DNA from: Bdellovibrionota bacterium FG-2
GTDB lineage: Bacteria > Bdellovibrionota > UBA1018
Length of the DNA stretch: 36,561 nt
Reading direction: 5' to 3'
Assembly: GCA_051382305.1 (NCBI GenBank)
Contig: JBBCAV010000114.1
Coordinates: forward strand, 1 to 36,561
In this document: in pieces, positions 17,602-27,102 of the stretch
How positions within the stretch are numbered: position 1 is the first letter of the stretch
Layout: the number at the start of each line of letters is the position of its first letter
Translations under genes and position numbers: made by a program
Notes under the pieces: generated by a model
Told to the model about the DNA's origin: nothing
Databases searched by the model: none
What the model saw: the letters and a program-made list of their open reading frames with translations, nothing else

Positions 17602-19320
17602 ATGAAACATAAGGTTTTAGCGGCAGCCTATGCACTCGGTTTTGCCCCTCTTAACATAGGTTTCGGCGGTGGACACCTAACTTCCGGATGCCGGAAATTA
17701 AAGCTTCCTAAAGATCGCATTTCTAAATTGATTGAGCGCCACAAGACTCCCTCCTTCGGGGGCGAGGACATTGAGAATTTGGGCCTATGGGCAGCACTTG
17801 AGAATGTCTTGCTTTATCTCAATACGAATGAAACATTAGATCTCTTCGAATCAGCAAGCAACCTCCCGCTCCTCTTGGAACGAATACACCTTTCAGTTTC
17901 ACTGCAAGAGCCTTCTGCTTCACGCCCGCTACATAGCAGACTTGAATTAGCATCCATTTTGAAGAAATTCCTTTCCCACCAAAGACTCAATAGAACACCT
18001 CTAATTAAGACGGGATATCCAGCCACAGGGTTCCTTGCATCTCCATGGATTGACGCTTACCTTGGTCGCCTTTGCCCAACAAAACTCCCTGCGACCTGGA
18101 GCGCCTCTATCTCAGCTGAGACACTAAAATATGAATATCGCTGGAGGGACGCCTCAATCGAACTGCCCATTGAGCATCCATTTTCACCTGAACAAATTTA
18201 TCCGCGCGACCAGGTTTTCGACGGAAAGACCATGGTCGAGTATGGGCGCAGAGGAAAAGTGGTTTCTTACGAGAACGCCAAGGATTTTGCGATTGAATGT
18301 CCCTCAATGAGTGCCCTTCTGCCCGTATCCCCGTACAGAGTTGAAAAAATTCGCCTGGACTTAGTAACTTTACGTGAATGCGTCTTCGCGGCCGCAATTA
18401 AGGGTTTGAAATGCCCGAAGGAATACAAGCCTGACTCCCTGGTAGAGCTGTTGGCTACAGAAATTCAAAAATGCGAAACAGCAGAATGGCATCTTCACTA
18501 TTTTAGATTTTGGGAGAAGTTGAACGAGCATATTGATTGTTGGCCCTCACAGACGGGCACCATCAAACACTTTATTCCCGATGATGGCCACATTTTCTCA
18601 CTTCTGTATGTTATTTGGTTTATTGAAAAAGAAATTCTTATCGGAACAATGCACACACTAAGGTGCGAACTGCGACAGCCATTTTCATATAACGACCATT
18701 TTGGAAGGCCCCTTGTTCTTCCCTTTTTCGTATCGAAGCAAACCGCCTCAAAAGGAATCGCTGCTCTGGATACGTTAATGCGTAATCTAGAGCTGGAAGA
18801 TTCAAAAGTAGATTTTGGACAATTCCTAATTCGTGCCGAAACGGCTTTCGGACGATGCGGGAAAGCGTTCTCTGAAGCAATATCAGTCTTCAGGAAGCAT
18901 TGCACAAGGTCTGGCTGCACAAACCCGAAGCGGCAAATGGAAGACCTTATCGACGCTAGTGACCAGATTAAAAAAGCTCTCAATCGCCCGGATCCATTGT
19001 TCGAGGACTACAATTGCAATGACCCAATTGTTTCAATCAAGGGCCATCTAACGACATACAAGCTCAGTCCAACTGAATTCAAAGCGTTCGAGATTATTTG
19101 GAGCCGGTTTGACGATTACATTCAGAGCCCAGATAAAGTTAACCCGAACCTGTCCAATGAGGAGATTATTGCTCTCCTACGAGCCTCCGGATTACCGATA
19201 AGGGCGAAACGACTTATTGATATATTTGACAGCAAACATCGACCGCTCATGAAGATTCTATTTATCGCCTCAAGGAAGCACTTCAGATTGCGGGCGGAAG
19301 ACCCTATCAAGAAATTGTAG
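17602..19320 (+). CDS. Large hypothetical protein, possible C-terminal winged helix
   Basis: 572-aa ORF. C-terminal 'YKLSPTEFKAFEIIW...LSNEEIIALL' is loosely OmpR/wHTH-like. Confidence 0.65.
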   Translation: MKHKVLAAAYALGFAPLNIGFGGGHLTSGCRKLKLPKDRISKLIERHKTPSFGGEDIENLGLWAALENVLLYLNTNETLDLFESASNLPLLLERIHLSVSLQEPSASRPLHSRLELASILKKFLSHQRLNRTPLIKTGYPATGFLASPWIDAYLGRLCPTKLPATWSASISAETLKYEYRWRDASIELPIEHPFSPEQIYPRDQVFDGKTMVEYGRRGKVVSYENAKDFAIECPSMSALLPVSPYRVEKIRLDLVTLRECVFAAAIKGLKCPKEYKPDSLVELLATEIQKCETAEWHLHYFRFWEKLNEHIDCWPSQTGTIKHFIPDDGHIFSLLYVIWFIEKEILIGTMHTLRCELRQPFSYNDHFGRPLVLPFFVSKQTASKGIAALDTLMRNLELEDSKVDFGQFLIRAETAFGRCGKAFSEAISVFRKHCTRSGCTNPKRQMEDLIDASDQIKKALNRPDPLFEDYNCNDPIVSIKGHLTTYKLSPTEFKAFEIIWSRFDDYIQSPDKVNPNLSNEEIIALLRASGLPIRAKRLIDIFDSKHRPLMKILFIASRKHFRLRAEDPIKKL

Positions 19321-19483
19321 ACAACGCCGCCTGCCTCCGAGCCCCACTTTTCCCCACAAAACACAAGTTCCCATTTTATCTCGTGCACTGTACGAGGGCG
19401 TCATCTTTAAGCCAATGTGGCGAAAAGAAACTAACTCGCCGAATGCTGCTTTCTGCCGCCCAGGCGCAACACCCCGTACTTAG

Positions 19484-19945
19484 ATGGCGGGGAGAAAGAT
19501 GACCGTTATGAATTGTAATGAAACGTTTTCCGCTACAGGAGGTCTTTTAGAAAATGGAGGAGCTAATGACAACTGTCTATTTCGAGGATGTACGAATGAG
19601 CTCATTCGCATTGTGTTTCATTTTGAAATAGACAAGGCAGAGAAGGGCGAGTTCGTCGCACTTCTTCGAAAGGTTGACAAGAATCTCAGTCTAGATGTTG
19701 CCGGTTACATACGGGCATTAGCCCTTGGTGTCGACTTCTCTGAGACAGCGATCGAAGACTACAGTTATGGAGCCCCAAGCGCGCTTATTCCGGCTGCATT
19801 TAATGCGTTGTGTGCCGCTGCCCACAGATACGGTTGCGCAACAGAAATGGGCTATTTTCTTAACTCTGCTTCGAAGAGCTTTTTAAATGAAAGTCTTGTC
19901 GCAACGCTTAAGGAAATGGATACCGCTTTGGCGAGCAAGCCCTAA
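19484..19945 (+). CDS. Hypothetical protein
   Basis: ORF co-oriented with the replication module; start uncertain. Confidence 0.45.
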   Translation: MAGRKMTVMNCNETFSATGGLLENGGANDNCLFRGCTNELIRIVFHFEIDKAEKGEFVALLRKVDKNLSLDVAGYIRALALGVDFSETAIEDYSYGAPSALIPAAFNALCAAAHRYGCATEMGYFLNSASKSFLNESLVATLKEMDTALASKP

Positions 19946-20104
19946 TCGGGGCACACGCGAAATGGACTGTTCGGAATTTAGTGTCTTGGATTTCGATTAG
20001 ACTGTCGCGTGCGTGGCCGCACCTTATTTTGTCTGAGTCAGCGTGCGGCCACTTTCTATATAACAAAACCATTTTTTCATGTTTTTTAAATAGAGGGAAA
20101 ATTA

Positions 20105-20473
20105 ATGTCGACAATAAAGAAGATGAGTAACGCAATTACCAACAAGGAAAGTCCTGGGCAGTCCCGCGAGTGGACGTCCCTCGATTCAGATATAAAGGAA
20201 CCGTTACACGATACCGCTGCAGCACTGCTAAGGGCAAAACATATAGTCGAATCGGCTGCCGACCTAAAGCTGTGGACTGAAGAACTTCGCTCCGAAGACT
20301 CTGTTTTGAAGGGTTCTGAAATAGAGGCGCGTATGGCATTCTCTCGCGCGCAAAGCATCGGGCAAGACGCTGCCAACATTATAGCGAGGTTAACTTTCAT
20401 CTCCCGTAGCTTAGCGCACATCTCCACGGACATTATGTTTCAAGCGATAGAAAGCGAGAACCACCATGAATAG
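20105..20473 (+). CDS. Helical hypothetical protein
   Basis: GAGGG SD; overlaps the primase start by 8 nt. Confidence 0.6.
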   Translation: MSTIKKMSNAITNKESPGQSREWTSLDSDIKEPLHDTAAALLRAKHIVESAADLKLWTEELRSEDSVLKGSEIEARMAFSRAQSIGQDAANIIARLTFISRSLAHISTDIMFQAIESENHHE

Positions 20474-22934
20474 TCTCAACGACCTACAGGCTGAGGTCCT
20501 CAGCGAAATGCTCTCAAAGGGGTACGATCCCGGAAATATTATTCTGGACTGCCTTAAGCCACAACGATTCGGCCCAAATAAATCACAATGGTACGTTGCT
20601 CACAAACATGAAGCAAAGCTCAATGGCGCGCTAATCCTGATAGTCCACTACGGGGACTGGCGCACTGGAGAGAAATTTAGATTTCAAAATGGTGCTACAT
20701 CACTATCTCCAGACGAGCGACGACAGCTTCAAGCTCAAATAGAACGCGCAGAGGAGGCCGCCGATCAAGCGCGGCAGGAGATTCAAAATGATGCCGCAGT
20801 TGAATATCAAGAAAAATGGGCGCAGCTCTCTGCGCTTGGCACCTCACCCTATCTCGAGCGAAAGATGATTCCAGAGGCATTTGGTGGAAGGTTTCAAGAC
20901 GACACGCTCTATCTTCCTTGTCGCAATGCAAATGGGGAGATCCGGACTCTCCAAAAGATCCAGCCGGATGGGGGAAAGTTCTTTCTACCGGGAGGGGAGG
21001 CGAGGGGCAGCTTCCATGTAATCGGCTCCATCGAAGAATCGGAAACGATATATCTAGCAGAAGGTTTCGCTACAGGCGCAAGTATTCACCTGGCAACAAC
21101 GGGGACTGTCGTCATTGCATTTAATGCCGACAATTTACTCTATGTAGCGCAGGTGTTATTCGAAAAGTATCCGACCAAGTCTTTCATTATTTGCGGTGAC
21201 GACGACCAGTGGACGAAAAAGTCGGATGGAATTACTCCAATGAACCCAGGAAGAGAAAAGGCAAAGAAGGCAGCCAAACAGGTAAATGGCCAGGCAGTCT
21301 TCCCTAGATTTCAAGACCCATCATCCAAACCAACAGACTTCAATGACTTACACTGCCTTGAGGGCTTGGAGATGGTGGCTGAGCAACTCAAAACTGAAAA
21401 CAAACAAACATCGGTTTCAAGAGAAAAGGCGCCCTCCCAGGCAACACTACTTCTGAATCTCTGCGATGGAATCGAACTTTTCCACACTTCGGATGAAAAT
21501 GGGTATGCCACCGTTCCAGTTAACAAACACAAGGAAACGTGGGCGCTTGGGAGCCAAGGGTTCAGGAGATGGCTACTACATAAATATTTTTCTACTTATG
21601 GAACTGCGCCCACATCCCAGGCAATTATTGATGCTCTCGGTACTCTCAGCGCCAATGCGCAATTCAAGGCAGAGGAACGTCCGATCTTTCTCCGCGCTGG
21701 AATGTTTAATGGTAATGTCTATGTCGACCTTTCCAATGATGAGTGGGAGGTGGTTGAAATCTCTGCCTCCGGGTGGTCTGTAATCAAGGACTCTCCTGTG
21801 CGATTCCTTCGTAAAAAGGGAATGTTGCCACTCCCGCGGCCCATTTGCGTCACAGGCGACACAAGCGTCGCACAATTGTGCCACTTTCTAAACGTCGACT
21901 CGGAAGAGGACTTCAGGTTGATTGTTGCCTTTATATTGAGTTCTTTCAATCCAGATGGGCCGTTTCTAGTTCTAGTTCTTTATGGCGAGCAAGGGACCGC
22001 AAAGAGCACTACCGTTAAAGTGATACGGTCCTTCGTTGATCCAAATAGTGCCCCACTTCGAAAAGAGCCCAAGAATTCCGATGATTTAATGGTCTCTGCA
22101 AGGGGAAATTGGATAATCGCTATCGATAATATGTCTTATCTTTAAGACTGGCTGTCCGATGATCTTTGTCGATTGGCTACGGGTGGTGGACTTTCAAAAC
22201 GCAAACATTACTCAGATGACGAAGAAGTGGTCCTGGACGCAAAGAGGCCAATCATTCTTAATGGCATTGATGAGTTTGTTGCCCGCGGAGATTTGGCAAG
22301 CAGGACCATTACACTTCAGCTTCCGTCAATTTCGGAAGAGGGACGAAAATGTGAGGCAACTTTTTGGTCGAAATTTGAGGAATTACGACCGAAAATTCTC
22401 GGCGTGATATTTAATGCCATTTCAGAGGCCCTCAAGAATCGTGGAACCTTCGAATTAAAAGAAAAACCGAGGATGGCTGATGCTTGGTACTGGATTTCCG
22501 CCGCAGAAACGTCCTTTGGATGGAAACGTGGAACAACTATCAAGGCGTTTCAGGCTAACCAGGTGAAAGCCAACGAGATCGTTTTGAACAGTTCAAACAT
22601 CGCCTCATTCATCTGCCAGCTCTCTACTGTGGGTTGGTCTGGAACTCCAACCGACCTCCTCAGCAAATTGAATGCGATGCGCGGGGTTCCTTCTGACTTT
22701 GATCGCTACTGGCCAAAAACAGCCAAAAGCCTGACCGACAGAATTAGACGCTTAAGTCCCGCACTTAAGTCGGCAGGAGTCGATGTTTCGTTTTCAAGAA
22801 CCTCCGGGAGTGGTTCTGAGCGAAACGTGAGAATCCGAAAAATAGATGATTTCTGCGACGCACTCGACGCTTCGACGCAGGATCAATTGAAACGCGACGA
22901 AGGCGACGCAGAAGAGTGGAAGTCTATTCTTTAA
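20466..22934 (+). pseudogene. TOPRIM primase-P-loop helicase fusion interrupted by one in-frame TAA (22143-22145)
   Basis: Primase motifs 'YLAEGFATGAS', 'CGDDD', 'TDFNDLH'; Walker A 'GEQGTAKST'. The same frame continues across the stop: 'IDNMSYL*DWLSDDLCRLATGGG'. Confidence 0.85.
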
Positions 22935-23007
22935 GTCCCGCTGTTATCGAGACCAGACAATCAGAAAATTATTACTGAAACATGTCTATGAAAGAACTGA
23001 GATACCT

Positions 23008-23268
23008 ATGCGACGCAAAATCTTTGAGCATTCTCGCACGCACCCGCTGATAATCGATAAAGAGGAGAGTCGGCGAGTGCTTCCTGAGAACAACAGCATG
23101 CATAAAGTGTGGGATATCAATGACGTCTCCCTCCTCCTGAAATGCTCACCCAGGCACATTCGAAAACTCGTGTGCCACGGGAGGATACCCTTCTCGAAAG
23201 TGGGACGCCTCGTGAGATTTTCGGAGCCAAGGATTCGTGAATGGATTGAAAAAGGAGGAACTCGATGA
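23008..23268 (+). CDS. Excisionase-like HTH_17 protein (island B)
   Basis: 'WDINDVSLLLKCSPRHIRKLV...IPFSKVGRLVRF...IREWI'; ATGA coupling to the integrase. Confidence 0.85.
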   Translation: MRRKIFEHSRTHPLIIDKEESRRVLPENNSMHKVWDINDVSLLLKCSPRHIRKLVCHGRIPFSKVGRLVRFSEPRIREWIEKGGTR

Positions 23269-24515
23269 ACAATCAAGGTCGCCAAAGCTACAAAAGTAAA
23301 GAGCAACCGGTGAGGAATCATCCCGGCATCTACAAGCGCTTCATCTGGGATGCCAAAGCTCAGCGCTACGTTGACAGCGGGAAGTACCGCGCTACTCGCC
23401 GCGACGTCGTCAACGGCCGATCGAAAAAGACTTCAGCGAACTTCGATTCCTTCGAAGATGCCAAAGCATTTAGAGCGGGCTTACTCGAAAAGTCCTCGAC
23501 GGGATCTTGTTGGCACAGAACTCAACCTCAAACACCCGCTGAGGGAATGCTATTGAGTGAGCTAATCGAAAATGAGTGGAAGCCGTACCACTATCTGAAG
23601 GTTGAAGGCAGTACTCAGGCTCAGTACAATAAGCTCCTTCCAGCTTTTGACTTTCTTGCTGACACTCACGTCAACCAAATCACTGTCAGGACAATTGACG
23701 GTTTGATTCATTACTGGGTCACTGACTACCCGAAGAGTCACTGGAGGAAGGGCTTCTCTCATGAGCTGGACCTATTGCGAACGGTCTTGAACTTCTACCG
23801 ACAGAGAATCAATCCTACCTTTGCCCTTCCAGTCTTTGAAGACCACTACAAGGCTGCCACGATTTCGAAGGAGGGGAAGAAAGTCGTGACTTCTTTGTCC
23901 GCTCAAGAACTCGGGCTATTTCTTGATGAACTACGGGACGGCAACAATCCAATGCATTACTCTGTCGCGCTAACTCAGTTCTCTTTGGGGCTTAGATTTG
24001 GTGAGTGCGCTGCGATTCGATGGGAGGCCATCGACTTAGATCGTCGCACCGCTCTGATCGACTCTACTGTCGTGTGGGATCAGCGAACGTGGGAACCGAC
24101 AATCAAGCAACGAACGAAAAATGGAAGTGCACGAATGGGGTTCATCCCAGAAGTGTTGGCGACGGAACTCTATCGTGTCTACGAACTCCGAGACAAAAAA
24201 GTACCTCTGGTGTTTCATAAAGAGGGGCAGCCACTAAACCGAAAAACAATCGCCACTGCATTCAATCGATCCCTCAAGCGCCTGGGTCTTTCCCATGTTT
24301 CTGGGACGCATTTCCTACGCAAAGCTGCGGCAACGCTTGTCACAGAAGCCACTGGAGATTTTTTCGCTGTTCAAAAATTGATGGACCATTCCTCGCCGAA
24401 TGTGACCATTAAATATGTGGCTCACACGAGTTCGCAGAAGTTGAAAGTAGCGGCGGCCCTCGATGCTGCGTTAACTACCGCCAGGCCGCTCCTCCCCGCT
24501 CCTACTAAAACTTAA
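23265..24515 (+). CDS. int: Tyrosine integrase (island B)
   Basis: Catalytic motifs 'GLRFGE', 'TKNG', 'HFLRK', 'MDHSS', 'TIKY'. Confidence 0.93.
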   Translation: MNNQGRQSYKSKEQPVRNHPGIYKRFIWDAKAQRYVDSGKYRATRRDVVNGRSKKTSANFDSFEDAKAFRAGLLEKSSTGSCWHRTQPQTPAEGMLLSELIENEWKPYHYLKVEGSTQAQYNKLLPAFDFLADTHVNQITVRTIDGLIHYWVTDYPKSHWRKGFSHELDLLRTVLNFYRQRINPTFALPVFEDHYKAATISKEGKKVVTSLSAQELGLFLDELRDGNNPMHYSVALTQFSLGLRFGECAAIRWEAIDLDRRTALIDSTVVWDQRTWEPTIKQRTKNGSARMGFIPEVLATELYRVYELRDKKVPLVFHKEGQPLNRKTIATAFNRSLKRLGLSHVSGTHFLRKAAATLVTEATGDFFAVQKLMDHSSPNVTIKYVAHTSSQKLKVAAALDAALTTARPLLPAPTKT

Positions 24516-24516
24516 C

Positions 24517-24825
24517 TCAAACCGCCTTCAGCATCACATTCGGCTTAAGAATCTCGTAGTACCTCACCAGTCGATCCAGGGTTAGCTTCTTGATTCTGTA
24601 ATGAACGATCTCGCTGACTCGAGATTCTGGGACAGCTAGGACATCCGCTAGCTTCCGCTGTGTGATGCCCTTTTTTCGCATATAAATGACGAACCGCTTG
24701 CAGAGGTCATATTTGGCACGATCTAACGCCGAGGCATCAGAGGGCAGATGCTCTGTTCCACGCACGCGAGCCGTCTGTCTTCTTACTTGCTTCAATTCTG
24801 CTTCGCTTAAGAACCTTGTCGTCAT
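24517..24825 (-). CDS. XRE/HigA-like antitoxin
   Basis: 'GITQRKLADVLAVPESRVSEIVHYRIKKLTLDRL'. Confidence 0.8.
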   Translation of the reverse strand: MTTRFLSEAELKQVRRQTARVRGTEHLPSDASALDRAKYDLCKRFVIYMRKKGITQRKLADVLAVPESRVSEIVHYRIKKLTLDRLVRYYEILKPNVMLKAV

Positions 24826-24828
24826 AAA

Positions 24829-25131
24829 TTACCTCCGACCTGACCTACGAAATGCGTTAATAACTCCGATGTAGTTTTCCTTAGGATGAGTCGTCCACAC
24901 CAGGCGATAGGGTTTGTCGCCAAGGAAAAGTGGCTCATCGACATAAACTTCAAATCCGCTCGCCAAGACCGTCTCGGGTGGGGAATCACTCCCATTCAAA
25001 GACCTGACCAACTCGAGGATCACCTGGTCGGTGATGCTTGCTGAATGCTTCGCCTGATAATGATCGTCAATCACCACTCGATTGAATCGTCGACCGTTAA
25101 CTTCCACTTTGAGCAAGTACTCGCGTCTCAC
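24829..25131 (-). CDS. Putative RelE/BrnT-fold toxin
   Basis: 100 aa ending 'KPYRLVW...IGVINAFRR'; toxin-first arrangement with the HTH gene. Confidence 0.6.
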   Translation of the reverse strand: MRREYLLKVEVNGRRFNRVVIDDHYQAKHSASITDQVILELVRSLNGSDSPPETVLASGFEVYVDEPLFLGDKPYRLVWTTHPKENYIGVINAFRRSGRR

Positions 25132-25137
25132 GCTTCG

Positions 25138-25166
25138 ATTATAGCGCGACTTACAGAATCTTGGAA
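25138..25166 (-). promoter_or_regulatory. sigma70-type promoter of the TA pair (likely leaderless)
   Basis: Minus strand TTCCAA-17 bp-TATAAT-6 nt-GTG. Confidence 0.6.
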
Positions 25167-25192
25167 GTTCTGTTTATCCCGACAGACATGAC

Positions 25193-25214
25193 CTGGCCCC
25201 TACCGGCCCCTGCA
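25193..25214. repeat. Putative integrase arm-type sites of island B (direct pair)
   Basis: CTGGCCCCTA CCGGCCCCTGCA; 25203-25214 is the exact reverse complement of 1487-1498. Confidence 0.6.
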
Positions 25215-25261
25215 CTCCGCCGATCAAAAATTACTTTTTAGATTTCATGGGGTTGGAACGA

Positions 25262-25279
25262 AATGGCGGAGAGAGTGAG
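25262..25279. repeat. att core copy 2 (junction of islands B and A)
   Basis: Identical 18-mer lying between the two convergent integrase modules. Confidence 0.95.
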
Positions 25280-25330
25280 CGATTTGAATTTTCCTTTAAA
25301 TCCAAACACTTCATCTTCTCCTACAACAGA

Positions 25331-26428
25331 TTACAACATACTCGAAATCCGCAGCACTTTGCCAGGATTTTCTTCGGTATGAAGGTTCAAGCAATCCATT
25401 GCACCGCGAATATCTACCCCAGCTTTTCTAGCGTAGATCATCATCGTTTCTAAGTCCTTCCACCCCCCCATCTTCATGACCTTGATCGGCTCGACTCCTT
25501 TGCTCAAAAGCATCGTAGCCCAGCTCGCGCGAAGATCGTGAAAACGTACAATAGGCAATCCATTTGCCTGTAGAAAGACTGCCAGGTGCTTTGCTTGCTC
25601 TCCCTTCTGCCATTCGTACAAGTGAGGAAGCACATAAGGGGAGCCATCGGCGCTTGCTTGCAGCTCACGGAGAATTGGTAGCAGAGCCGGTGCGATCTCA
25701 ATCATCCGATCATCGCCGGACTTCGTAGACTTGAAACCATCCTTGCTGTTCCAAGCACAGTTGACGAGGATGGTACGCTGATCGAAGTCCAACTTGTCCC
25801 ACTGAAGCGCATACAGCTCTCCGTTCCGCATTCCGGTATAAAGGGCAAGTGAGTAGTGAGGACACCACGGCCAGCCTTGGTCCTTTGCCTTGACGAGAAG
25901 CATCCGGGCCTGATCTTCATTCAACACCTTCTGAATCTTATCCCCAACCTTGAACTGAAGTTGTGGCGTCGGATTACGAACGATGTGACCTGCCTCGAAC
26001 GCATAGTTGAACACTGCACGGATGCTCTTGAGAACATAACGCTGATGAGACGGTGCTCTTTCTCCAACTTTTTCTTGAAGAAGTAACCGTATTTCCTGCG
26101 TTGTGATGGTATCAACCAGACGATTACTCCACGCACCCAACGTATGCGCCTCGATACAGACTCGGCAGTCATAAACCGTTTTTTGCATAAGTCCACGGTT
26201 CAAACTGGCCTCGACATACTCCGCAAGAACCTTGGACCAAGTTGGTACAATTTTCCTTCGGATTTTATCTTCTACTGCGATCACCATATCCTTGAAAGCT
26301 CGCTGTGCTTCAGCCTTCGTCTTGAACCCAGTTCTCGTCAGGCTCACTGTTTGCCTGGTGAGCGGGTGTCGTTTTCCATATCCGACAATGAATGTCCCCG
26401 GTTTATTTGGATCTTCTTTAATCGACAT
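25331..26428 (-). CDS. int: Tyrosine integrase (island A)
   Basis: 'TGMRNGEL', 'TKSG', 'FHDLRASWAT', 'MGGWKD' (Trp at the second His position), 'MMIY'. Confidence 0.95.
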   Translation of the reverse strand: MSIKEDPNKPGTFIVGYGKRHPLTRQTVSLTRTGFKTKAEAQRAFKDMVIAVEDKIRRKIVPTWSKVLAEYVEASLNRGLMQKTVYDCRVCIEAHTLGAWSNRLVDTITTQEIRLLLQEKVGERAPSHQRYVLKSIRAVFNYAFEAGHIVRNPTPQLQFKVGDKIQKVLNEDQARMLLVKAKDQGWPWCPHYSLALYTGMRNGELYALQWDKLDFDQRTILVNCAWNSKDGFKSTKSGDDRMIEIAPALLPILRELQASADGSPYVLPHLYEWQKGEQAKHLAVFLQANGLPIVRFHDLRASWATMLLSKGVEPIKVMKMGGWKDLETMMIYARKAGVDIRGAMDCLNLHTEENPGKVLRISSML

Positions 26429-26777
26429 AACTGACTCCTCTCTTGTTCGAAAGTAGTAGCTGCCTTAGTTCGACCAAAAGATAACGGTTGCGTCTTCCGA
26501 GCTTGTGGTAGGGCACTTGGCCATTGCTGGCCATATTCCGTAATGCGCCGACAGTAAGCCCGAGATATGTTGCCGCCTCTTCGGTCGTAAGCCATTCCTG
26601 AATTTTCAAGGAACCCACACTATTGTTTTGTGAACAATAGTGACATGAACCCGTTAAGCTCACATTTCCTTCGTTGTTAGCCTTTCGCAAGGGAGAAGGC
26701 AATGTTTGGAATAGATCAGGTGGTTTACTTGTGGAAGGTATAACCTCAAGTCGCCTCTCATTTTTCCGGTTTTGCAT
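26418..26777 (-). CDS. Excisionase-like HTH_17 protein (island A)
   Basis: 'WLTTEEAATYLGLTVGALRNMASNGQVPYHKLGRRNRY'; AGGAGG SD before ATG 26777. Confidence 0.85.
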   Translation of the reverse strand: MQNRKNERRLEVIPSTSKPPDLFQTLPSPLRKANNEGNVSLTGSCHYCSQNNSVGSLKIQEWLTTEEAATYLGLTVGALRNMASNGQVPYHKLGRRNRYLLVELRQLLLSNKRGVSYVD

Positions 26778-27102
26778 CCGCCCCTCCTGTTTCACTACCA
26801 TTCTGCCTTTGCGCAACTTTAGGAGTTCCTTCTTGAGCGTCGAGTCGGCAACGAATACGCTTATGCTGATATGGCCTAGCTGACCACAAGGCACACGAAT
26901 ACGCAGAACAGTTTCTCACCCTATCGAAAACTTCCTCAAATCCAACGCATTGCTGGCAATGTGACTTTATTACTTGCCTCGGTGGGGCTTTGCCCATAAT
27001 GACGCGCTGAAAAAGGGGGCGGAAGATTTCCGGAATTGTTTCTGAAAATCTAAGAGCACGTATTTTTCGGATCTTGTCCACTTCTGTCAACGGGAGCGTC
27101 AT
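26758..27102 (-). CDS. Small Cys-rich (Zn-binding) phage-type protein
   Basis: 'IKSHCQQCVG...VRNCSAYSCALWSARPY'; overlaps both neighbouring genes. Confidence 0.65.
   Translation of the reverse strand: MTLPLTEVDKIRKIRALRFSETIPEIFRPLFQRVIMGKAPPRQVIKSHCQQCVGFEEVFDRVRNCSAYSCALWSARPYQHKRIRCRLDAQEGTPKVAQRQNGSETGGADAKPEK

Larger units (their letters stand above)
1344..25279. mobile_element. Island B: about 24-kb tyrosine-integrase element with primase-helicase
   Basis: Flanked by att cores. Contains integrase, excisionase, primase-helicase and resolvase. GGCCCCTG motifs are shared by both ends. Confidence 0.85.

Noticed and set aside
22143-22145. Programmed readthrough or alternative genetic code
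   Set aside because: TAA is used as a normal stop in many genes here, and no recoding signal is seen.
22173-22934. Independent 253-aa gene
   Set aside because: It is the in-frame continuation of the primase-helicase after a premature stop.
25262-25300. Second tRNA gene at the middle or left att
   Set aside because: Only the 3' 16 nt of the tRNA are duplicated; no cloverleaf can be formed.
25564-25613. Island A integrase (25331-26428) inactive because Trp replaces the second His (MGGWKD)
   Set aside because: Trp at this position occurs in active tyrosine recombinases such as Cre and Flp; the other catalytic residues are intact.
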